The notes under the pieces are model-generated. The model was not told the DNA's origin. It saw only the letters and a list, made by a program, of their open reading frames with translations, and did no database searches. 64,000 bases of DNA from Christensenellaceae bacterium (GTDB lineage Bacteria > Bacillota > Clostridia > Christensenellales > Borkfalkiaceae): positions 38,251 through 102,250 of the forward strand of contig JAZNPL010000031.1 of the NCBI GenBank assembly GCA_045589615.1. Reading direction: 5' to 3'. Positions within the stretch are counted from its first letter, which is position 1. Every line of letters begins with the position of its first letter. Below are positions 54,876 to 63,066 of the stretch, one piece after another. Position numbers and translations under genes: made by a program.

Positions 54876-54909
54876 TATAAAAACGCTATATCGTTGGATA
54901 TAGCGTTTT

Positions 54910-55019
54910 TGGTGCCGCTGGCCGGGGATTCCCCTATTAGGGGAAATGTCTTGCTTCGCTTCCCTTGACCAACTATCAAGACAAAAGGGTTGCCGTCCCC
55001 TGCTAAGGGATTGAACCGG
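54910..55019 (-). pseudogene. tRNA-Leu 3' fragment interrupted by an 85-nt insert
   Basis: 54910-54925 (TGGTGCCGCTGGCCGG) is identical to 55087-55102. 55011-55019 (TTGAACCGG) is identical to 55105-55113. In the intact tRNA these two pieces are 2 nt apart; here they are 85 nt apart. Confidence 0.55.
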
Positions 55020-55046
55020 AGGTTCAAGTCTCGTTACGGTAGTAAC

Positions 55047-55081
55047 GTAAAAAGAGGAAATAGCGTTTGCTATCTCCTCTT
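55047..55081 (-). terminator. terminator after tRNA-Leu
   Basis: GAGGAGATAGC-AAAC-GCTATTTCCTC followed by TTTTT on the minus strand. Confidence 0.7.
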
Positions 55082-55086
55082 TTTAA

Positions 55087-55173
55087 TGGTGCCGCTGGCC
55101 GGACTTGAACCGGCACGGTATCGCTACCACTGGATTTTGAGTCCAGCGCGTCTGCCAATTTCACCACAGCGGC
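55087..55173 (-). tRNA. tRNA-Leu (anticodon CAA), class II with long variable arm, CCA encoded
   Basis: The reverse complement is GCCGCTGTGGTGAAATTGGCAGACGCGCTGGACTCAAAATCCAGTGGTAGCGATACCGTGCCGGTTCAAGTCCGGCCAGCGGCACCA. It forms a cloverleaf with anticodon loop CUCAAAA. Confidence 0.9.
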
Positions 55174-55289
55174 GTTCTTTTTTATATTCACTTGCATTTT
55201 TTTCGTATATTTGGTAAAATTACTTATATACTTGCTATACGATAATATCACAATTTTTTATTTATTGCAAGCGTTGAAAAGGGTTTTTT

Positions 55290-57842
55290 ATGGAAAAGTT
55301 AATTCTTATTGACGGAAACAGTTTAATAAACCGTGCGTTTTACGCTATGCCGTTGCTTTCTACTAAAGACGGCGTTTATACCAATGCCGTTTACGGCTTT
55401 TTAAATATGTTCTTTAAAATGCTTTCCGAAGAAAAGCCCGACTACGTTGGGGTTGCTTTCGATTTAAAAGCACCTACCTTTAGGCACAAAATGTACGGAG
55501 AATATAAAGGCACTAGAAAACCTATGCCCTTTGAACTTCGTCCACAAATTCCCTTACTAAAAGAACTTCTTGCCCTTATGGGTGTAAAAACCTTTGAACT
55601 TGAGGGGTATGAAGCAGACGACATTATCGGTACGATTGCCAAAAACACTGATATCCCTACCCTTATTTACACGGGCGACAAGGACTCTTTTCAACTTGTT
55701 GACGAACAAACGGAAGTGCATTTTACTCGCCGTGGTATTACCGACGTTGAAATTTATAACAACGCTAACTTTACCGAAAAAATGGGTATAAACCCCTTAC
55801 AAATAATCGACCTTAAAGGGCTTATGGGCGATTCTTCAGACAATATTCCCGGCGTTCCCGGTGTTGGCGAAAAGACTGCCCTTACCCTAATTCAAACGTA
55901 CGGCTCGGTAGAAAACCTTTATGAACACACCGAAGAACTAAAGGGCAAACTAAAAGAGAAAATCGAAAACGGCAAGGAGTTTGCATTTCTATCTAAAACG
56001 CTTGCCACCATTAACGTAAACTCGCCTATTCCTTTTAGGACCGAAGAAATGAGAGTTAGTTTACCCTTAAAAAGCCAAGTAAAAGAACGCTTTATCAACC
56101 TTGAATTTAAATCTTTATACTCTAAGACCGAACTTTTTGACGAAAAAACCGAATCTATAGCAACGCCAGAAGAAAAAGCGACGCTTATAATTAAAGATTC
56201 TCTTAAAGGTGCAAGTAGTTTAGTTAAAAAAGGCAGTGCGATTTGCATATTCAACGACACCTTTAATATATCGGACGGCAAGGAAGAATATTCTTTTAAG
56301 ATTAACAAGACCTTGCTTGACGACGGATTTAATTTATCGGATATTTTAAGTGAATTTAAATCTATTTTCACGGGCGAAACGCCAATACTTGTTTTTGACA
56401 AAAAGGAATTAAAGCATTTGCTTTTTTCTACCCTAAATATAACCTTAACCTGTCCTTGCGACGACCTATCGCTAGTAAAATATCTAGCCGATTACTCTGG
56501 TGGGGCTGTAAAACTTTCAGACGTTATAACTGAGTACGGAAAAGACGAAAAACTTCCCGCAACGGCAATCTATCAAGTTTACCAATCTCTTTACCAAAAA
56601 CTTTGCGTTGAAGAAATGGAAGACCTATACAAAAAGGTAGAACTTCCACTATCCGACGTATTGTTTAGTATGGAGCAATCGGGATTTAAGATTGACGCAA
56701 ACGCCCTTAACCTTGCGGGCAAGAAGTACGCTGAAACGTTAGCCGAATTAGAGCGTCAAATACGAGAACTTGCAAACGATTTAACCTTAAACGTAAACTC
56801 TCCAAAGCAACTTGGCGAACTGCTTTTTGAAAAGTTAAAAGTTGGCAAGGGTAAAAAGACCAAGACGGGATATTCTACTAGTGCTGACGAACTAGAAAAA
56901 CTAGAGTCGTCGCACCCTATAATTCCCTTAATTTTAAAACACAGAAAACTTCAAAAACTAACTTCAACCTACGTTGAGGGCTTTAAGCCGTTAATCGAAA
57001 AGGAAACGGGGCTTATACACACTTCGTTCAATCAAACGGTAACTTCAACGGGTAGGCTTTCTAGCAAAGAACCCAACCTACAAAACATACCGGTTAGAGA
57101 CGAGGAAGGCAAAGAACTTAGAAAATTCTTCGTGCCGAGAGATGAAGAACATATCTTGATTGGTGCGGATTATTCTCAAATAGAACTAAGGCTTCTTGCC
57201 GCCTTTTCGGGTTGCCCTGCGTTAGTAAAAGCCTTTAAGGACGGAAAGGATATTCACTCTGAAACTGCATCGAAAGTGTTCAAGACGCCTATCGAAAAGG
57301 TAACAAAGCAAATGCGAAGTGCTTCAAAAGCAGTAAACTTTGGTATCATTTACGGCATAAGCGAATACGGATTAGCCAAAAACCTTAAAATTTCGCCAGC
57401 AGAGGCAAGAGAATATATAAATTCGTACTTTTTAGAATACCCCGAAGTAAAACAATATATGACTGACAACGTAGAATTTGCTAAAAAGACGGGTTACGCC
57501 ATAACTTATTTAAAGCGTAGGCGTTATATCCGTGAAATAAACGCATCCAACTTTGCATTGCGTTCGTTTGGGGAAAGGGCTGCAATGAATATGCCCTTGC
57601 AAGGCAGTAGTGCGGACATTATAAAACTAGCAATGCTTGGGGTTTATAACCGTTTAAAAGATGAAAACCTACAATCAAAACTGATTTTGCAAGTTCATGA
57701 CGAATTAATAATAGACGCACTTATAAGTGAAAAAGAACGAGTAGAAAAAATACTAAAGGAAGAAATGGAAAACGCCGTATCGCTATCAGTTCCCTTAACT
57801 GTTGAAACGGGCTCTGGAAAAACTTGGTACGACGCTAAATAG
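55290..57842 (+). CDS. polA: DNA polymerase I
   Basis: 850 aa. 5'-nuclease domain (LILIDGNSLINRAFYA), and family A polymerase motifs DYSQIELR and QVHDEL. Confidence 0.95.
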   Translation: MEKLILIDGNSLINRAFYAMPLLSTKDGVYTNAVYGFLNMFFKMLSEEKPDYVGVAFDLKAPTFRHKMYGEYKGTRKPMPFELRPQIPLLKELLALMGVKTFELEGYEADDIIGTIAKNTDIPTLIYTGDKDSFQLVDEQTEVHFTRRGITDVEIYNNANFTEKMGINPLQIIDLKGLMGDSSDNIPGVPGVGEKTALTLIQTYGSVENLYEHTEELKGKLKEKIENGKEFAFLSKTLATINVNSPIPFRTEEMRVSLPLKSQVKERFINLEFKSLYSKTELFDEKTESIATPEEKATLIIKDSLKGASSLVKKGSAICIFNDTFNISDGKEEYSFKINKTLLDDGFNLSDILSEFKSIFTGETPILVFDKKELKHLLFSTLNITLTCPCDDLSLVKYLADYSGGAVKLSDVITEYGKDEKLPATAIYQVYQSLYQKLCVEEMEDLYKKVELPLSDVLFSMEQSGFKIDANALNLAGKKYAETLAELERQIRELANDLTLNVNSPKQLGELLFEKLKVGKGKKTKTGYSTSADELEKLESSHPIIPLILKHRKLQKLTSTYVEGFKPLIEKETGLIHTSFNQTVTSTGRLSSKEPNLQNIPVRDEEGKELRKFFVPRDEEHILIGADYSQIELRLLAAFSGCPALVKAFKDGKDIHSETASKVFKTPIEKVTKQMRSASKAVNFGIIYGISEYGLAKNLKISPAEAREYINSYFLEYPEVKQYMTDNVEFAKKTGYAITYLKRRRYIREINASNFALRSFGERAAMNMPLQGSSADIIKLAMLGVYNRLKDENLQSKLILQVHDELIIDALISEKERVEKILKEEMENAVSLSVPLTVETGSGKTWYDAK

Positions 57843-57845
57843 ATT

Positions 57846-58436
57846 ATGAAAAACCAAAAAATCATAGCCGTAACGGGTGGAATAGGCAGTGGAAAATCGA
57901 GCGTGCTTGAAATCTTGAAAGGTTTAGGCTATCCCGTATTTTCTTGCGACGAAATACTAAACGAAGTATATTCTTCACGCACGGTAAAAAAACAACTAAA
58001 AAAACTTTTTCCATCGGCAATAAAGGGGATATTTTGTCTAAAAATAGACAGAAAAGCCTTGTCGAACTTAGTATTTTCTTCGCTTGAAAACCGTAAAAAA
58101 CTAGAGAGCATCACCCACCCCGAAATTTTGCGTTTAGCAAAGGAAAAAATCTTAAAAGTTGGTGCTTTTCTATCCTTTTTAGAAGTTCCACTACTATTTG
58201 AAGGCTATTATCAAGACGGTTTTGACGGCGTAATTGTGGTAAAACGAAATATCGACGATAGAATAAATTCAGTTATGTCCCGTTCTAACCTATCTAGAGA
58301 ACAAGTTTTATCAAGAATTTCAGCACAAGTTGATTACGACTTACTAGACTTATCTAAATATATCGTTATACAAAATGACGGGGATTTAAGTTCGCTAAAA
58401 GAAAAAACGCTTCAAGCGATTGAAACGTTTTTATAA
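57846..58436 (+). CDS. coaE: dephospho-CoA kinase
   Basis: P-loop GGIGSGKS. 196 aa. The polA-coaE order is conserved. Confidence 0.9.
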   Translation: MKNQKIIAVTGGIGSGKSSVLEILKGLGYPVFSCDEILNEVYSSRTVKKQLKKLFPSAIKGIFCLKIDRKALSNLVFSSLENRKKLESITHPEILRLAKEKILKVGAFLSFLEVPLLFEGYYQDGFDGVIVVKRNIDDRINSVMSRSNLSREQVLSRISAQVDYDLLDLSKYIVIQNDGDLSSLKEKTLQAIETFL

Positions 58437-58439
58437 GTT

Positions 58440-59840
58440 TTATTTTATTAGTTCAAAATAATAATAGGTTTGGTCTTGGCTTGCCATACTAAACCCTACT
58501 TTTTTCAAAAGGTTCATTGACGGCGTGTTATTAAGATAGCACTTGGCTTTGACCTTTTTTGCTTTTAAAGTGTCAAAAGCATAATCGATTAAAAATTTTA
58601 CGCCACGGTAGGCGTAGCCTTTATTTTGAAATTCTTTTCTAACCCTAAAGCCTATCTCTACACCACCGTAGAAATCAAAATTATGATAAACTAGTTCGCC
58701 AATCATCTTGCCGTTAAGCCTTAAAGCAAGCGAAAACTCTTCCCTTTTATCCTTAAGTGATTTTTGAAACTCAAAAAAATACTCGGGTGTGGGTTTTGCC
58801 GTTCCTAAGTCTTGTCTAAAATCATAACCCCACATTGAATTTAATTGTTCGTCAAGATAGATTTTAGCATAAATTTTTTTGTCTTTTGCCAAAATTTCGC
58901 CAACTGATAATTCGTTGTCGATTTTTTGGTTGGGCATTAAAAATTCGTCCGATAATTTTTTTACTTTGACGAAGTTTTTTTGCTTAATCTCTATAGGTCT
59001 ATACTGAAGTTTAGAAACTCTAAGTCCGTTATCACCACAGTCTTCTTCTCGGTTTAAATATTTTACTTCGCTAGTCCAAAACGCCTTAACAAATTCCGAA
59101 GCGATAAAGGGATAAACACCTTCGTATTCTTTTAGCCCCTTTTCCACGTGAACTATAAGGGTGTCTTTAACCCTTTCGCCAATCGAAAAGCCAACCACTT
59201 GCCCGTCCACGTAAACGACTATCCCCGATTGTCCAAGGGTTTTTGCGTTTATTATAAATTCTTTAATCTTTTTGCGTTCACTTTCGGCAGACCATAGCGA
59301 AAAATCTTGCCCTTTATCGAACTTTTCAAGCATACTAAACACGCTTTGATTGTCCGACTCTTCTAAAACTTTTACCGTATAATTAGGGTAGGTCTTTTTA
59401 AATTTATTGACGTGATTTCTCTGTCCACCGAATTTCTTGCCCGAAAAAGTCTTAAACTTTTCAGCGTCGTAAATATAATCGTTCCAATCTCTATCGTTAT
59501 ATACTTCTATATAAGGATAAAGGGAAGAAAGGTGTGCCACGGTTAAATTATCTATACAGCAAAAATTTAAGGGCGTTCCCCTTTCAATACAGTATTTTTC
59601 TAGTTCATTTAGCCCTGAAGTTTGTCCGTTTAGAGAGATAGGAAAATAGAAAAAGTCCTTGTAATCTTTGGTGGTTTCTTTTAGGTATAAAACGTCTTTA
59701 TAGATAGCGTAATCGACTTTATAATCGTCCCGCCACATATACCTAACGCCAACCGATAAATCACAAAAGGAAATTTCGCTTTTTTCAAAGTAATCTTTAA
59801 GCATTAACGCCTTGTCGTCTAATGGTAAAAAGTCTAGCAT
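58440..59840 (-). CDS. DUF2156 (LPG-synthase C-terminal-like) domain fused to a GNAT acetyltransferase domain
   Basis: I start it at MLDFLPLDD (ATG at 59840). FSGKKFGGQRNHVNKF is DUF2156-like. The C-terminal part (RKEFQNKGYAYRGV...NTPSMNLLKKVGF) is GNAT-like. Confidence 0.65.
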   Translation of the reverse strand: MLDFLPLDDKALMLKDYFEKSEISFCDLSVGVRYMWRDDYKVDYAIYKDVLYLKETTKDYKDFFYFPISLNGQTSGLNELEKYCIERGTPLNFCCIDNLTVAHLSSLYPYIEVYNDRDWNDYIYDAEKFKTFSGKKFGGQRNHVNKFKKTYPNYTVKVLEESDNQSVFSMLEKFDKGQDFSLWSAESERKKIKEFIINAKTLGQSGIVVYVDGQVVGFSIGERVKDTLIVHVEKGLKEYEGVYPFIASEFVKAFWTSEVKYLNREEDCGDNGLRVSKLQYRPIEIKQKNFVKVKKLSDEFLMPNQKIDNELSVGEILAKDKKIYAKIYLDEQLNSMWGYDFRQDLGTAKPTPEYFFEFQKSLKDKREEFSLALRLNGKMIGELVYHNFDFYGGVEIGFRVRKEFQNKGYAYRGVKFLIDYAFDTLKAKKVKAKCYLNNTPSMNLLKKVGFSMASQDQTYYYFELIK

Positions 59841-59859
59841 AATTTTGTAAACCTTAATC

Positions 59860-59891
59860 AGTAAAATCAGGCGATGCAAACGCATCGCCTG
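59860..59891 (-). terminator. hairpin after the SPFH gene
   Basis: CAGGCGATGC-GTTT-GCATCGCCTG followed by ATTTTAC, a weak U-tract. Confidence 0.55.
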
Positions 59892-59898
59892 AACTTAA

Positions 59899-60780
59899 TT
59901 ATTTTTTCTTAGGAGTTTCTTCTTCAACAACACCCTTTAAACTTGCCAAAAGCCCGGTAACGTTTTGTATTTCGCTAGGAACAATAATTTTTGTAGCATT
60001 TCCGTCAGCCATAACCTTTAACGCATCGTAACCTTTAAGGGTTAGGTATGCTGCGTTGGGGTTTGCTTCGTTAATCATTTTGATTGCAGTTGCAGTACCT
60101 TCTGCTTCGGCAATAGCCGCCGCCTTTTTCGCTTCTGCACGAAGTATCATTGCTTCCTTTTCACCTTCGGCTACCAAAATATTACTTCTCTTTTCGCCTT
60201 CGGCTTTAAGAATGCTTTCACGACGTTCACGTTCTGCACGCATTTGCTTTTCCATCGCTTGTTGAATATCTTTTGGTGGAAGAATATTTTTAAGTTCCAC
60301 ACGGTTAATCTTAATTCCCCAAGGGTCGGTTGCTTCGTCTAGGATAATACGCATTTTGCTGTTTACCGTATCTCTAGAAGTAAGCGTTCCGTCAAGTTCA
60401 AGTTCACCTACAAGGTTACGCAAAGTTGTTGCCGTTAGGTTTTCAATAGCACGAATAGGGTCTTCTACACCGTACGTGAAAAGTTTAGCGTCCGTTACTT
60501 GATAATATACTACCGTGTCGATTTGCATGGTAACATTATCCTTTGTAATAACGGGTTGTGGTGCAAAGTCTGCTACCCTTTCTTTTAACGAAATAGGTCC
60601 GCCAACTACTTTATCAATAAATGGAAAGATAAAGTGCACGCCCGTGGTGTATAACTTGTGAAATTTACCTAGTCTTTCTACAACGATAGCCGTCGATTGA
60701 CGTACGATTTTAATCGACGAAATTACTATTATAAAAAGTACTACTGCTAAAACTATTAATACTGTGATAATTGGTGGCAT
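59899..60780 (-). CDS. SPFH/band-7 (stomatin-like) protein
   Basis: N-terminal TM segment, PHB domain, and a C-terminal coiled coil (QQAMEKQMRAERERRE). Confidence 0.9.
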   Translation of the reverse strand: MPPIITVLIVLAVVLFIIVISSIKIVRQSTAIVVERLGKFHKLYTTGVHFIFPFIDKVVGGPISLKERVADFAPQPVITKDNVTMQIDTVVYYQVTDAKLFTYGVEDPIRAIENLTATTLRNLVGELELDGTLTSRDTVNSKMRIILDEATDPWGIKINRVELKNILPPKDIQQAMEKQMRAERERRESILKAEGEKRSNILVAEGEKEAMILRAEAKKAAAIAEAEGTATAIKMINEANPNAAYLTLKGYDALKVMADGNATKIIVPSEIQNVTGLLASLKGVVEEETPKKK

Positions 60781-61208
60781 TATTTTACCTCCTCTACTAT
60801 ATATTTATTGCCTTTAAGCCCAATAATTCTTACAACCGTCTTTTCGGCTATTTCGTCCGTTTCTTTTTCGGTAACGGCACTCCAAACGACGTCGTTTACA
60901 CGAATAGAACCCGGTTGATTAAAGCCGATAGCAGTTAAAAGTATGTATTCCTTGCCAATAACAGAATCTGCGTTGAGATTGGCGGTTTTTACGTTGAGTT
61001 TTTTCATTACCATTTTTCTAAAACACAACAAGCAAACAACCGAAACCACAATGAATACGGGAATTTGAATATACGGCGACACGCCGTCAAATAGCGATAA
61101 TATTAGAGCAACTAATCCACCACCTGCAAACCAAATGGTTACCATATCGGCAGTGATAAATTCTAATATAAGCGCAACAACGGTAATTCCTAACCATGTG
61201 TAAAGCAT
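60780..61208 (-). CDS. NfeD-family membrane protein
   Basis: 142 aa with three TM segments and a C-terminal OB-like domain. It overlaps the SPFH start by 1 nt. This is a classic NfeD-SPFH pair. Confidence 0.85.
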   Translation of the reverse strand: MLYTWLGITVVALILEFITADMVTIWFAGGGLVALILSLFDGVSPYIQIPVFIVVSVVCLLCFRKMVMKKLNVKTANLNADSVIGKEYILLTAIGFNQPGSIRVNDVVWSAVTEKETDEIAEKTVVRIIGLKGNKYIVEEVK

Positions 61209-61221
61209 AACTTATCTCCTT

Positions 61222-62124
61222 TTAGTCTCTTTGTTTTAGGTATTCTATCATTTCACTGAGTCTATCTAAATCGTCTCTAGTGTAATAATCGATATATATT
61301 CTACCTTTTTTGTCGTTACCAATAGCGTTAACTTTAGTGCCTAAAACCCTTTGCATATCGCTAATTAGTTCTTTTAATTCTAACGACAACTCCATTTTTT
61401 GTTTCTTTTTAGCCTTTTCTTCGGGAGTCATAAAGTAATCTTTTACTTTCTTTTCGATATCCCTAACCGAAAGCCCTTCTTTTACAGCAGAATTTGCTAT
61501 CTTGATTTGGTCGATTTGAGGCACTGAAATCATTGCCCTAGCATGCCCTGCCGAAAGTGCACCGCTTGCTACCATTTTCATTACTTCTGGTGAAAGCGAT
61601 AAAAGTCTTAAGGTGTTTGCAATGGCTGGTCTTGACTTGCCAATTCTATCGGCTAAGTCTTCTTGAGTTAGACCGTAATCGTTCATAAGTGATTTCATAG
61701 CCGTTGCCGCTTCTATCGGGTTTAAGTCTTCCCTTTGTAGGTTTTCAATAAGTGAAATCTCTTTGATTTGACGTTCGTTATATTGTTTAACAATAACGGG
61801 AACTTTTGAAAGACCTGCAATCTTGCTCGCCCTAAATCTTCTTTCGCCGGCGATAATCATATATCTATCGCCACTCTTGTTAACGATAATCGGCATAATT
61901 ACGCCGTGCTTTGAAATAGAATCTGCAAGTTCTTTTAACGCCGTTTCGTCAAACACTTTTCTTGGTTGATTGGGGTTAGCAAAAATAGAACTAACGTCTA
62001 TTTCCGTTACGCCTTCGCCCTTTTCAACTGGTGTTTCTTCAAACAACAAACTCTTTCCGTAATCTTCTTCCGTTTCAGAAAAAAGTGCGGATAAACCTTT
62101 TCCTAATCCTCTATTGGGTTTCAT
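61222..62124 (-). CDS. parB: ParB/Spo0J chromosome-partitioning protein
   Basis: ParB box IIAGERRFRA, HTH region LTQEDLADRIGKSRPAIANTLRLL. 300 aa. Confidence 0.9.
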   Translation of the reverse strand: MKPNRGLGKGLSALFSETEEDYGKSLLFEETPVEKGEGVTEIDVSSIFANPNQPRKVFDETALKELADSISKHGVIMPIIVNKSGDRYMIIAGERRFRASKIAGLSKVPVIVKQYNERQIKEISLIENLQREDLNPIEAATAMKSLMNDYGLTQEDLADRIGKSRPAIANTLRLLSLSPEVMKMVASGALSAGHARAMISVPQIDQIKIANSAVKEGLSVRDIEKKVKDYFMTPEEKAKKKQKMELSLELKELISDMQRVLGTKVNAIGNDKKGRIYIDYYTRDDLDRLSEMIEYLKQRD

Positions 62125-62144
62125 ATACTTTTTCGCTCCGTAAA

Positions 62145-62921
62145 TTATTTCTTAGTTTTGGGCTGAGCCGAAATAAATTCTTCGGCTAAGGCTGAATACG
62201 CCCTTGCACCAGTACACTTGGTGTCGTGCATCAAAATAGGTACGCCGTGGCTAGGTGCTTCTGCTAGCCTAATGTTTCTAGGAATAACCGTTTTATAAAC
62301 TCTTTTTCCAAAAAACTTGCGAATTTCTTCTGAAATTTGTCTAGAAATTATCGCCCTATTATCACTCATTGTCAATACTACCCCTTCAATCTTTAGGTCG
62401 GGGTTTAAGTGCTTTATTACAAGTTTTATGGTGTTCATAAGTTGGCTCAAACCTTCTAATGCGTAGTATTCACTTTGAATAGGAATAATAACCGTATCTG
62501 CCGAAGCCAATGCGTTAATGGTCAAAAGCCCTAACGACGGTGGACAGTCTATCATAATAAAATCGTAGGTCTTTTTTGCCCTTTCTAGCACTTTTCTTAA
62601 AACCTTTTCACGTTCTTTAACGTAAACTAGTTCTACTTCTGCTCCTGCTAAGTCTATGCTAGACGGCAATATATCAAGGTTATCTACACACGTCTTGATT
62701 ACCGAATCTTCTATCGGTGTTTCGTCTATCATTACGTTGTACACAGAGTTTTTAACTTCACTCTTTGAAAATCCTAACCCGCTCGTCGCGTTACCTTGTG
62801 GGTCTAGGTCGATAAGTAACGTCTTGTATCCCATCGTTGCGAGATACGCAGACATGTTTACACAGGTTGTCGTTTTGCCAACCCCACCTTTTTGATTTGA
62901 AAAAGCAACTGTTTTTCCCAT
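62145..62921 (-). CDS. parA: ParA/Soj ATPase
   Basis: Deviant Walker A NQKGGVGKTT. 258 aa. Confidence 0.9.
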   Translation of the reverse strand: MGKTVAFSNQKGGVGKTTTCVNMSAYLATMGYKTLLIDLDPQGNATSGLGFSKSEVKNSVYNVMIDETPIEDSVIKTCVDNLDILPSSIDLAGAEVELVYVKEREKVLRKVLERAKKTYDFIMIDCPPSLGLLTINALASADTVIIPIQSEYYALEGLSQLMNTIKLVIKHLNPDLKIEGVVLTMSDNRAIISRQISEEIRKFFGKRVYKTVIPRNIRLAEAPSHGVPILMHDTKCTGARAYSALAEEFISAQPKTKK

Positions 62922-63066
62922 AACCGTTCCTCTCGTTGTTTATTTTTCGCCCGCATATAACGGCGTGCTTTTTTTCTTGTCTTTTGTTTTTGTTTTTTTA
63001 CTGTATTTTATTGTTTTTTACTATTTATTGTATAAAAGGTTAATTATATAAAGGTTTATTAAAAAA

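Noticed and set aside
54926-55050. The structured stretch after tRNA-Leu as SRP RNA, tmRNA, RNase P RNA, or a tRNA with a group I intron.
   Set aside because: It lacks the SRP domain IV consensus (GUCAGGUCCGGAAGGAAGCAGC), an RNase P GAGGAAAGUCC block, and a tmRNA tag frame or tRNA-Ala-like end. No 5' acceptor strand (GCCGCUG) is present for an intron-containing tRNA.
48969-55173. The accessory-looking block next to tRNA-Leu as an integrated prophage or ICE.
   Set aside because: It has no integrase, recombinase, or phage or conjugation genes. The only att-like repeat pair is 160 nt apart. I treated it as a possible old scar, not a mobile element.
54845-55251. Three track ORFs (54845-55027 -, 54990-55217 +, 55024-55251 -).
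   Set aside because: They overlap the tRNA-Leu gene, its terminator and the tRNA fragment. They have no RBS or motifs.
61222-62921. A canonical parS site (TGTTNCACGTGAAACA) within or near parAB.
   Set aside because: I did not find one by eye in this interval. This was not an exhaustive search, so absence is not claimed.
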